A stretch of DNA of 64,000 bases from Lama guanicoe (Eukaryota). The position numbers were made by a program, and so were the translations under genes. This document shows positions 13,700-25,408 of this stretch, in pieces (position 1 is the first letter of the stretch; each line of letters opens with the position of its first letter). The stretch is taken from NCBI GenBank assembly GCA_013239625.1, contig MU056050.1:4721366-4785365 (forward strand). Reading direction: 5' to 3'. The notes under the pieces are model-generated. The model was given only the letters and a program-made list of their open reading frames with translations. It searched no databases and was not told the DNA's origin.

Positions 13700-14408
13700 C
13701 CCCAGACCAAGAATTTAAAACAACTATGACTAATATGCTAAGGGCTCTAAAAGACAAAGTATCCTGCATATAAGAACAGGTGGACAAAGTAGGCAGAGAG
13801 ATGGAAATCGTAAGAAAGAACCAAGGTGAAATGCTAGAGATAAGACTGTAACAGAATGAAGAGTACCTTTAATGGGTTTATTAGTAGATTGTATATAGCT
13901 GAGGAATGAATCTCTTGAGTTTGATATGTCAATAGAAATTTCAAAAGCTAAAAAGCAAAGTAAAGAAAGCTGGAAAAAAGCCAGTTTTGGACAACTACAA
14001 AATTGTGAAATATGTATATTGGGAATATCAGAAGAAAAAGATAGAGAAAAAGGAACAAAATAAATATTTGAAACAATAATGACTGAGAACTTCCCTGAAT
14101 TTATGTCAGAGAACAAACCACAGATCCAGGAAGTTCAGAGTATACCATTCAAGATAAATGCCCCCCAAGAAATTACACCTGGCTTTACCACTTTCATACT
14201 AATGAACATCAAAGATAAAGAAAAAAGTCCTGAACATAGCCAAAGGGGAAAATACTTGTAGAGCAACAAAGATAAGAATTACATTCAACTTCTCCCCAGA
14301 AATAATACAAATAAGAAAAGAGATATAATGCAATAACAGTAGCATTAGGAGTAGCAATAACCACCCAGAATTCTACACCCTGTGAAATTATCCTTCAAAA
14401 GTGAAGGA
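13700..14408 (+). mobile_element. Old L1 ORF1 fragment (L1MC/MD-like)
   Basis: Translates MTENFPEFMSENKPQIQEVQ (ORF1 RRM) and ends at ccttcaaaagtgaaggag. Confidence 0.8.
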
Positions 14409-14409
14409 G

Positions 14410-17400
14410 TGGTAAATCATGTCAATAACGTGCTGAAATAGGATGTTCCTTGTTGTATGCACCCCTCAACAACAACAATTTGTCATTTATCCATAGACAA
14501 AAGTTCCTTTGTGTGAGCTGTGGGATCTAGCACCATATGCCAAAGGACCCAGGAAGAGTCTTGCCTACCTATACATCAGATAATAGGCATATGGACCTCA
14601 ATCCTGGCTGTGGATTCCAGCAGGTGCCCATGAGCTAGCTCTAGCCCCTCTTGGCCATAGCCCAGGAGTTCATAGGGAACATGGTCTTGGTCAGTCACCT
14701 GTAAATAAGAGAGCCTTTGTAGGATCTGAGGTTTCTAGCAGAGAATTCCAGCACACTATTGGAGAACCAAAAATACGAGTTTGGATACATTGGAGAGGGT
14801 AAGAGAAACAGTTTGACTTTACCCATCCCTCCCCCCCTGGCTCAAGGAGGAACAGATCAGTGCTGAGAGAACTCAGCCTGTGATGTCTCTCTCAGGGGAA
14901 AGGGAGAGCATAAGCATGAGTGTTTGACTTACCCAGCTGTGTGGGAAGTTGCCAGAAGGGCAACTCTCACCCCATTCAGAGAACTGAGTCATGAGCTATA
15001 TGCAGGGGTAGAGGGATGAGCAGGAGGAGGCTGAGAGAGATTGGACTCTCAGAGGACATTAACAGGATGCGAATGCTACTAACTGCATCATAGACTCAGA
15101 AAGTCTGCATGTTAGCTTCTGGGTTTGTCTCACCCTCAGATCTCCCCAACTGACCCACGGGTATGGGTATGCCCAGCTCGCTGCATGCCTCACCCATGGC
15201 CACATCCTCTGGTCAGCTTTCTGTGCACACTTCTTATTTATTTTTTAACATTTTTTTTGAGTTATAGTCAGTTTACAATGTTGTGTCAATTTCCAGTTTA
15301 GAGCAGTTTTTCAGTTATACATGAACATACATATATTCATTGTCACATTCTTTTTTGCTGTGAGCTACCGCAAGATCTTGTATATATTTTTCTGTGCTAT
15401 ATGGTATAATCTTGTTTATCTATTCTACATATGCCTGTCAGTATCTACAAATTTCGAACTCCCAGTCTGTCCCTTCCCACTCCCCTCCCCCTTGGCAACC
15501 ACAATTTTTTATTCTATGTCTATGAGTCTGTTTCTGTTTTGTATTTATGTTTTGTTTTGTTTTCTTTTTTAGATTCCACACATGAGCGATCTCATGGTAT
15601 TTTTCTGTCTCTTTCTGGCTTACTTCACTTAGAATGACATTCTCCAGGGACATCCATGTTGTTGCAAATGGCGTTATGTTGTCGGTTTTTATGGCTGAAT
15701 AGTATTCCATTGTATAAACATACCACTTCTTTATAGACTCATCTGTCGATGGACATTTAGGCTGTTTCCATGTCTTGGCTGTTGTAAATAGTGCTGCTAT
15801 GAACATTGGGGTGCAGGTGTCATCCTGAAGTAGGGTTCCTTCTGGATATATGCCCAGGAGCGGGATTCCTGGGTCATATGGTAAGTCTATTCCTAGTCTT
15901 TTGAGGAATCTCCATATTGTCTTCCACAGTGGCTACACCAACCTGCATTCCCACCAGCAGTGTAGGAGGGTTCCCCTTTCTCCACAGCCTCTCCAGCATT
16001 TGTCATTTGTGGAGTTTTGAATGACAGCCATTCTAACTGGTGTGAGGTGATACCTCATTGTAGTTTTGATTTGCATTTCTCTGATAATTAGTGATATTGA
16101 GCAGTTTTTCATGTGCCTATTGATCATTTGTATGTCTTCCTTGGAGAATTGCTTGTTTAGGTCTTCTGCCTATTTTTGGATTGGGTTGTTTGTTTCTTTC
16201 TTATTAAGTCGTATGAGCTGCTTATATATTCTGGGGATCAAGCCTTTGTCAGTTTCATCTTTTGCAAAAATTTTCTCCCATTCCGTAGGTTGTCATTTTG
16301 TTTTACTTCTGGTTTCCTTTGCTGTGCAGAAGCTTGAAAGTTTCATTAGTTCCCATTTGTTTATTCTTGCTTTTACTTCTATTGTTTGGCTAGACTGCCC
16401 TAGGAGAACATTTTTGAGATGTATGTGAGATAATGTTTTGCATGTATTTTCTTCTGGAAGGTTTATTGTGTCTTGTTTTATTTTTAAGTCTTTGATCCAT
16501 TTTGAGTTTATTTTTGTTTATGGTGTAAGGGAATGTTCTAGCTTCATTGCTTTACATGCTGCTGTCCAGTTTTCCCAACCCCATTTGCTGAAGAGACTGT
16601 CTTTATTCCATTGTATATTCTTGCCTTCTTTGTCGAAGATGAGTTGACCAAAAGTTTGTGGGTTCATTTCTGGGCTCTCTATTCTGTCCCATTGGTCTAT
16701 ATGTCTGTTTTTGTACCAATACCATGCTCTCTTGATGACTGTAGCTCTATAGTATTGTCTGAAGTCTGGGAGAGTTATTCCTCCAGCCTCTTTCTTTCTC
16801 TTCAGTAATGTTTTGGCAATTCTAGGTCTTTTGTGGTTCCATATAAATTTTATTATGATTTGTTCTAGTTCTGTGAAATATATCCTGGGTAATTTGATAG
16901 GGATTGCATTAAGTCTGTAATTTGCCTTGGGCAGTATGGCCATTTTAACAATATTGATTCTTCCAATCCAGGAGCATGGGATATCTTTCCATTTTTTTAA
17001 GTCTTTAATTTCCTTAATCAGTGTTTTACTGTTCTCCATGTATAAGTCTTTCACCTCCTTGGTTAGATTTATTCCTAGGTGTTTTATTACTTTGGGTGCT
17101 ATTTTAAAGGGGATTGTTTCTTTGCTTTCTTTTCCTGTTTATTCATTGTTAGTGTAAAGAAAAGCAACTGATTTTTGTATGTTAATCTTGTAGCCTGCTA
17201 CCTTACTGAATTCGATTAGTTCTAATAGTTTTTGTGCACGCTTCTGATGGTGGTGAAAGCAGGTAAACAGGCAGTGAGCACATGCAGAAAGCTCACTCAA
17301 GTCGGTTAGGGAGAGATCACAAACTTGAGCTTTAGCTCGGCTCTTGGGAAAGCAAAAGGGAGGCTGTTGTGACCAGGCCTGGTAGGTTCCAGGATTGAAA

Positions 17401-19537
17401 CACAGTGTAAAAGCTTAAGAATTCTGCCACAAGAGGGAGCAAGAAGCGTAGTGGAACAGGCATATCCCCAGAAGGTCTGAGAAAGCCTCAGAATCCCCAG
17501 CAAGGGAGACAGAGTCATTTACTAAAGTATGGAGGAGGTGGCTGCTACTACAAATGCAAAGGCAGCAATGCAAGGCTTCAATGAAAATGAAAAATCAAGG
17601 AAAGATGATACCACAGAGGAACACAAAAATCTTCTGGTAACTGACCCCACAGACATGAAGATCTGTGATTTACCCAACCTGATAATGACTGAGAATTTCC
17701 CTGAGTTAATGTCAGAGAACAAAGTAAAATTCTAACAGAATTCAAAATTGCTGTTTTAAGGAAGGTCAGTGATCCACCAGAAAAGACAGACAGTTCAGCG
17801 AAATCAGGAAAACAGTACAGAAACAAAATTAGAATTCTCCCAAAGAGATAGAAATAATAGAACAGAACCAAACAGAAATTCTAGAGCTGAAGAATTCAAC
17901 AAATGAAGTGAAAAATATAATAGCATCAGACAAATGATGGGTCAAGCAGACCAAGCAGTCTGTTAATTAGAATACAGAAACTTTGAAATTGCCGGTCAGA
18001 GAACAAGAATGAAAAGAATGAAAAAAAAGTGAACAGAGTCTGTGTGACATCAAAAGAGATAGTCATTGAATTATTGCAGTTCCATAAGGAGAAGGGAGGG
18101 AGAAAGGGGCAGAAAGCTTATTTTAAAAAATAATAATTAACTTCCTAAATATGGAGAGAGATTTGGACATCCAAGTTCATGAAGTTAATGTCACCCCAAG
18201 ATTTCAATCCAAAATAGTGTTCTCCAAGACACATTCAAAATCAAAGACAAAGAGAATCTTAATAGCATCAAGAGAAAAGAAGATTGTAACCTAAAAAGGA
18301 ACCAGAATTAGGCTGTTAGCACATTTCTCATCAGAAACCTTATAGGCCACAAGAGAGTAGGACGGTATATTCAAAGTGCTGAAAGAAAAAAACCCTGCCA
18401 ACCAAGAATAATCTGTCTGGCAAAGTTGTCCTTTAGAAATGAAGGAGAGATAAATGTTTCCCCAGACAAACAAAAGATGAGAGTTCATCACCACTAGACC
18501 TGCCTTACTAAAAATGCTGAAATGAGTTTTTCAACCTGAAATTAAAGAACACAATTAGAAACATGAAAATAAACGTCACACTGGTAAAGGTAAAGAGAGT
18601 CAAATTCAGAATTCTCTCATACTGTAATGTGGTGTTTTAACTACTTAACTATAGTATAAAGGTTAAAGGACAAGATTATTGAAAATAACTACAGTTACTA
18701 TAATCTGTTAATGAATACACAATATAAAATGAGGTAAATTGTGACATCAGAGACATAAAATGGGGTAATAAAAGGTAAACTTGTATTCAGTCCAAGTCAT
18801 CAGTGTGAGATAGGCTATTATATCTATTAGATGTTTTATATAAGCCTTATGGTATATACAAAGCAAAGATCGACAGTGAATTTGTAAAGGATAAAGAGAA
18901 TGGAATTAGAGAATACCACTACAGAAACTCAGAAATTCCAAAGAAGGCAGCAAGAGAGGAAGTAAGGAACAAAGGAAGTACACAACAGCCAGAAAGCAAT
19001 GTGATGGCATTAGTAAGTTCTTACCTATCAATAATTACTATAAATGTTAAGTCGATTGAATTCTCCAATGAAAAGGCATAAAGTAGCTGGATGCATTAAA
19101 AAAAAAAAAAGATCCAACTATATGCTACCTCCTAGAGACTCTCTTCAGCTTTTAGGACACACATAGAGTCAAAGTGAAGGGATGGCAAAAGATATTCCAT
19201 GCAAGTGGAAACCAAAAGAGAGCAGAGGTAGCTATATACTTATATCAGACAAAATAGATTCTAAGCCAGACATGGTAAGAAGAGGCAAAGAAAGTCATTC
19301 CATAATGATAAAGGGGTCAATTCATCAAGAAGATATAACAACCATAAATATATATATGCCTAACATTGGAGCATCTAGAGATATTAAGCAAATTCTCACA
19401 GATCTGAAGGGAGAAATAGATAACAATATAGTAGTAGAAAAGGACTTCAATACCACTTTCAGCAATGGATAGATTATCTAGACAGAAGATCAGTAAGGAC
19501 ACATTCCACTTGAACTATGTTTTGGGCCAGATGGACA
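14410..19537 (+). mobile_element. L1 5'UTR, ORF1 and ORF2 endonuclease start (L1MA/L1M3-like), interrupted by a younger L1 at 15235-17232
   Basis: GC-richer 5'UTR-like sequence at 14410-15230 and 17246-17590; ORF1 motifs ~17600-18550; endonuclease peptide ILISDKIDSK...IMIKGSIHQEDITTINIYMPNIGA at 19182-19472. Confidence 0.85.
15235..17232 (-). mobile_element. Young 5'-truncated camelid-type L1 (L1-1_Vpa-like), ~2 kb, with target-site duplication
   Basis: ORF2 peptides [24 protein letters not shown] (16518-17054) and [20 protein letters not shown] (15438-15806). T-rich tail at the left end. TSD tgtgcacacttct (15222-15234) / tgtgcacgcttct (17233-17245). Confidence 0.92.
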
Positions 19538-19592
19538 CTATTTAATAATTAGATCTTAATTTTGTTTTTTAAGCATCTTTATAATTTCTCAG

Positions 19593-19617
19593 GAAATTTT
19601 TTCAGTTTACATGAAGC
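19593..19617 (+). other. Weak candidate 25-nt micro-exon
   Basis: T-rich tract ending ataatttctcag|GAAATTTTTTCAGTTTACATGAAGC|gtaagt. Splice signals only. Confidence 0.2.
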
Positions 19618-19679
19618 GTAAGTCAGGATTCAGGAAATGTTTGTCTGTTGTACTCTATTTTTTCCTCCTTAAAATCTCT

Positions 19680-19710
19680 CTATATATACATATATGTATA
19701 TATATGTATA
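19680..19710. repeat. (TA)n-type microsatellite
   Basis: tatatatacatatatgtatatatatgtata. Confidence 0.85.
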
Positions 19711-22700
19711 AATGACAAGTCTAACAAGAGGGAATCATATAGTAATTGAATGTTCAGGATCACTTCAACTGTGAAAAAATGAAATTAGTGAATACATTTT
19801 ATTTGACTTCTGCTTGTTTGAAATTTCTTTCACACAGTGAGATGAACTGGAAAAGAATGGTCAAGTGTTTACTTACGTTATTTAAATTTAATAGTTCTCT
19901 ATGATTGTGAAAAGTCATCTCAACATGTATCTATCAACAAAGCAAAGACTCTGTGAAATTTTGACCTATCTGTTATATAAACAGGTTGTCTGGATCACTC
20001 ATTTAAGAAAAAAGGATTTTGGCAAAATGTATATACTTTTCAGAGTGCTTCTTTTACTCACGGTACTACATGCTGCTATCTATTCAAAAGAGATTCTTTG
20101 AACAGGACATTCATATATAAGTAACACATATATAGCTCATTATATTTCTATTTTGAGCACTTTGGGATCTTCTAATACTACTGTTCCTTTCATATGCTCG
20201 AATCCAATTTTCTGCTTTAAATCTCTGACACTGTTGATATACAAGATACTTGCTTTTTCCAAGGCAATGCATAGCTACAGTACTTTGATTGTTCGCTATA
20301 TACAGTGTTGACACTATTCAGTGACAGTGTTGAATAACAGCAATCTAAGATATATTGCCGTGATTTTGTCTGGCTTACTACCTACATAAAACCGTGGCTT
20401 AGTTCGGTAATTCAGTGAATATTAATATAGCTCAAGCATCCATTGCAGATGCACTGTGCAACATTATTGTTTTTCATTGTGTGATATATTAAATAAAGTA
20501 TATCAAGTCACTAGACTGCGGAAGGTTTTCTTTGTCATCCAGGAAGATGGTTTAGTCCTACTTATTTAGCTTAATACTTTTGGAGGGAAGGAGTAAAACC
20601 TTATATTTTTCATGTGTGGAATGTGTAACTCCCATAATATCCTGACTTCCAAAGCATCTTTGAGATACTCAATAAATATTAATTGTTTGATTGATAACAC
20701 AGACCTTCATTGTGTTGTCTCTCTAGGCCTCACTGGTATTCTTCAGGAGCTGTCAGTCACAGTCACATCATATCTATCTATGCTTTCAGTAGCATAGTAA
20801 GGTTGATTGTGAAAAAGGCAGAATAGATTTTTATGGTCCAAGATTAGTGAGATAATTTAGTCGAGAAACATTTCTTGAATCACTGATGTCGGCACAGGAA
20901 GTTTGACATGTTTCCATAGTATGTGGTTTGTTCCCATTACCTTGAACACACATGAGGGAAAGCACAGTGCATGTTTCCCATTTTCTTATGCTGCCTATTT
21001 ATTTGGAGAAGGATAAAAACACAACAGTATTTATCACTATTCAGAAGATACAAAAGATCAGGGTTAGAACTGTATAGGTTATGTGTCCATAAACTAAAAT
21101 CATGTAGTTGCTTACACGTGTTCATGATAATTGCTTGGTTGAATATATGAATAATCTTACAAACATGATGAAAGAGTTTGTTTTTTACCAGGATTCGGTT
21201 AGGTGGTCATATATTCTTGTGGTGTCATTGCATTTTTTTATCTTTTGTAATAGAAGATATTTTAAATTTTGTAACTGAACATAAAAAGAGTTAATAGAAT
21301 GCAGTTGTATATTTTTTTAGGTATATAAACAGAGGATTAGGAGACTATGCCTAAAATATGTCTCAACTCTCTAGCTCCCTCAGTAACTAAAATCTAGTTA
21401 TTCAGAAGTCACATTAGAAGTACAGGTTACTTTGGGTCCTCTGTAGAATGTGCATAAAATATATCAAACTCCAAGAGAAAAACTCTGTCATGTACTAGTC
21501 AGTTCACCTGTCGAATGAAATCACTTGAGAACTGTGAGCATAATATTTAAATTAAGTGAATAAATTCTGTCCCTGGTTTAGCATTGTGCAAAAGTATGAC
21601 TGTAGCCAGCAATTCATTGACTATTAATGAAGCTTTTAATAATCCACTGGCTAGGTTGTCCTTTTAACTAGCAAAATCTGACCTTTAAATGGATACTATG
21701 CTTTTAAAATTGTTTTATCTCGTGTTTTCATAACAGTGCTTTTCTTTTTTGGCACATAAAGTACTTTCTTAGTTTTGAAAAGCACATATGTATTTCCGGG
21801 AAGACAATCATAAAAATTTAAAGTAGAAATATACAATTAATTTCAGTTTAAACCAACCAAAAGAGATACGGGCCATCATCATTAAAGAAGGATCTTGTTT
21901 GCGGGATTTATTATCTTCTCCTCCAAGCTCATTAAAGAAAGAGTCCAGTAAAGGGCTAAGGTCTCAATTAATTTTAATGGGCATGACCAAGGTTTAATAA
22001 AGTGTGTGTTTTAATTGCCTGAGATTAAGCTAAACTGTAGCCTTAGTTTGCTATTGATAGAAATGAGATTTTGATCAAAAAGTAAAAGATAGTTTTCCAA
22101 GAGAAATTGATAAAGCTGATGACCTTTGGAAAAGAGTGTTGGTTTGTCTAGAAAAACTATTAACATAAACTTCAAAAATAAATGAAGAAAATGGCTGCTC
22201 ACTAAATATTATAGACTCAGTTTTCAAATATAGATACTGATCCAGATATAGCAGGTGATATATACAAAAACCCATCTGCCATCACATTGTTTGTGGCTAT
22301 ATAGGTAAACCATCCAAGGCTCTGAGTGTCTGTGTCATGGGTGGCAAGCCATATAATTGAAAAACTGTCCAATATGGCTTTCTTGCAGCCTTTAATCATT
22401 AACTATCCTGTCAGACATGTTGGTGGGACAAAGGTGTTTCTTTTCCAAAATGGTATTGGTTAATTGATATTTTATTTTCAGAGGTTTTAAGCTTGGTTCA
22501 TGTAGTGTTAGTTAGTTGCCAGTGAGATGAATGCTGTAATGAATAAGTTCTTTTTCAGTGCTGTTAGCTAAGCAAAACTGCCTAAGCATTTCAGACATTT
22601 TGGGGATCTCGATCCCCGTAAATGATAGAAAAAGAGAACAACCTGCTCACAGGACTCCTACTTCATCCTCAGTAAATTAGCATATTAACTCTGATATAAC

Positions 22701-22921
22701 TAATTTCAGTGAGAGGAAGAACACGCTTCTCAGAAAGCCACTAAGGAAAGTTCTATTTTTTTAAAAAAGTAATTCATGAATTTTCATTACTAAAAATACG
22801 TTATTTAAATTTTTAAAAAAACATCCAACATGATTCTCTTAGGTGTTAAGAACATAATAATAATGAAGCCAGTGCTATGCATATATATGTTTGTATGTGT
22901 TCGCGTGTGTATTTAGGGGGG

Positions 22922-23438
22922 ATTGATGGGTAATTTTAAGTGTCAAGTTGGCTAGGCTATGGTGCCCAGTCATCCACTTGACCATACACTTTGGTCAAAC
23001 ACTTGTCTAAATATTACTGTGAAGATATTTTTATAGATTTTTTAATAAAAATTTACAATCAGTTGACTTTAAAGCAGATTATCCTCCATAATATTGCGTA
23101 GGCCTCATCCAATCAATTCAAGGCCTTAAGAGCAGACTGAGGGTTCTCAAAGAATAAATTTTGCCTCGACACTGCAGCATAGAAATCATGCCCAAGTTTT
23201 TGTTCATGCCCATTTTATGGATCTTGAACTCAAAACTACAATAATTCTTACCTGAATTTCCATCCTACTGGCCTGCCTACTGATTCCAGATATGCTGGCC
23301 TCCATAATCACATGATCACATTCCTTAAAATAAATCAGTCTCTCAGTAGACAGACAGATAGAGATATAAGTAGATTATAGCTATAGATAGATGTTTATCC
23401 CATTGGTTCAGTTTCTCTGGAGAATCCTGACTGAGACA
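22922..23438 (+). mobile_element. MLT2 (MLT2D-like) ERVL solo LTR
   Basis: Starts tgatgggtaattttaagtgtcaagttggctaggctatgg; ends attggttcagtttctctggagaatcctgactgagaca. Confidence 0.85.
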
Positions 23439-24749
23439 TGGGTTATGCTAACTTTATCCGAGACATGTATTTCACAAAGATAGGTGTTATATCCAAAGGG
23501 TGGAGTACATCAGTGTGGATAGTGTGGTGTAAGCCAATAACTACTGAAAAATCTCAGTGTTTTTATTCTCCCTACGGAGGATCTGGGGTGGTGGATAAAA
23601 AAAGTACAACAGAAAAGCAAAAGTTTCTAAAAATAGCCTCAAACTTTAAAGTGAATTATATTTTCCTCATCATCATTTATTATTTCAACTAAAGCTTAAA
23701 ATTCAGCTTCGATGACTGACAGAGTCTAGTAAGCGAGGCAGTTAAATTTGATAAGTATCAAGCATACGTGTACCTGACACTCACACTATTAAGGAAACTA
23801 GTGCCTTGGGTTTTTCAGCTACTTATTATGACTCCGACAATGCCCGGAGCTTGTTTTGAATTGACATCTGTATCTAACTTGCTTTGGCCAACAAACAAAA
23901 ACAAAGATTAATTAGTTCTTGGGCACTTTATATTCCAAGTCTGTGACTTCTCCAGCTAGTGGCATAGTTAGTGCAGTGGCCTTGGATTATTTTGCCCTAA
24001 CTGGTGACAATGCCAAATGTGTGTTCCTGTATGTTGGTGTATGTTTCCTTTTTGGCACTCAGACTGAGTTCGGTAATGACTATGGAATCAACACAGCTAG
24101 TTGTAAATGATGTATGAAATTAAAAAATCTCTGCCCAGTGCATTCAGAGAGTACACAGAGGAGAGGAAACGCTGTGCAGAGCCGCTCTGTAGTTTAGTTC
24201 GTGTGTATCTCGATAACACTGCCAAATCAAGAGGGGGAAGACTGAAACCCAGCAGATTTGGGAAGATGAAACTTTATTGCATTATAGCCTTTCTTATTTT
24301 TGTTTGGCTCTTTACTTGCACTTACTTAAAAATATTTGATAGATGCTTTAATTGTGGAAATTAAAAACAATAGCAAATATTGATGCTTAAATCTCTGGAG
24401 AAGGGAAATAGAGTACATGGAGTTTTTGCCAGGTGCAGTTCATTTCCTCCTAAAGAGATCTTTCTCGCTGTTTTCTACCTAAACAGTCCCCATGTTATAT
24501 GTCTGCTGGTCCATGTACCTCCAATGGTCTCCTTCCCTTCTTTTGTCTTTCTATGTGTGATCAATGCTAATACAGAATATGTTAACTTGTTACCTGTTAT
24601 TCAGTAAATTGAACGAAATGAGCAGTCAGTATGTGGAGAGAAGAAGAGAATCAACCAGTTCTTTTATTGACTCACTCGTTTTCTTAGTCAAAAGTCAGGT
24701 CAGTGTATTTTGGGAGAGTCTACTTTCTTATATGTTAGAATATGATCTT

Positions 24750-24978
24750 GGTAAAGAGTTCCAAAACTAGATTCAGATTGCCGGGTTTTGAATTCTAGTT
24801 CCAGCCCTTACTGACTATATATATAGTCCTAGATAAAACCATTTACACTTTCTCTACTCCCTCAACTCCATAAAATTATCAAAGTCTTGTACTTACATCT
24901 TTATTATAAAGATTATTATTTTTGAGGATTAAATGTGACGATAAATGTAACACTTTTTGGAGAATGGCTTATATGTAA
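24750..24978 (+). mobile_element. MIR SINE
   Basis: gggttttgaattctagttccagccctta...tgaggattaaatg. Confidence 0.6.
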
Positions 24979-25019
24979 AGAGAGGCAGGTCATCAGAATA
25001 TTCTCCCTTTTTTTCTCTT

Positions 25020-25162
25020 TTTTTCCCAAGTGTTACTAAGGTATAACTGACAAATAAAATTGTAACACATTTAGCATGTACACGATTATTTAATATATGT
25101 ATACATTGTGAAACAATTACCACAGTCAAGTTAATTAACATGTCCATCACCTCATGCAGGTG

Positions 25163-25200
<38 letters not shown>

Positions 25201-25408
25201 TAATGCTTAAGATCTACTCTCAGCAAATTTCAAGTATACAATTCAGTATTAACTATAATCACCCTGCTGTATATTAGATCTTCAGAACTTATTTCTTATA
25301 ACTGAAAGTTCGCACCCTTTGACCAGCATCTCCCCATTTCTCCCACCACCCCCTAGCCCCTGGCAGCCACCCTTCTATTTTCTGTTTCTATGAGTTCAAC
25401 TTTTGTTT
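25020..25408 (-). mobile_element. L1MA9-like 3' end
   Basis: ggtataactgacaaataaaattg...acattgtgaaacaattaccacagtcaag...cccctggcagccacc. Confidence 0.85.
25164..25199. repeat. (TG)18 microsatellite inside the L1 3'UTR
   Basis: Direct read. Confidence 0.95.

Noticed and set aside
16518..17054. 178-aa ORF as an active or domesticated L1 ORF2
   Set aside because: The element is 5'-truncated (~2 kb), lacks the endonuclease and RT core, and its ORF2 is broken into several frames.
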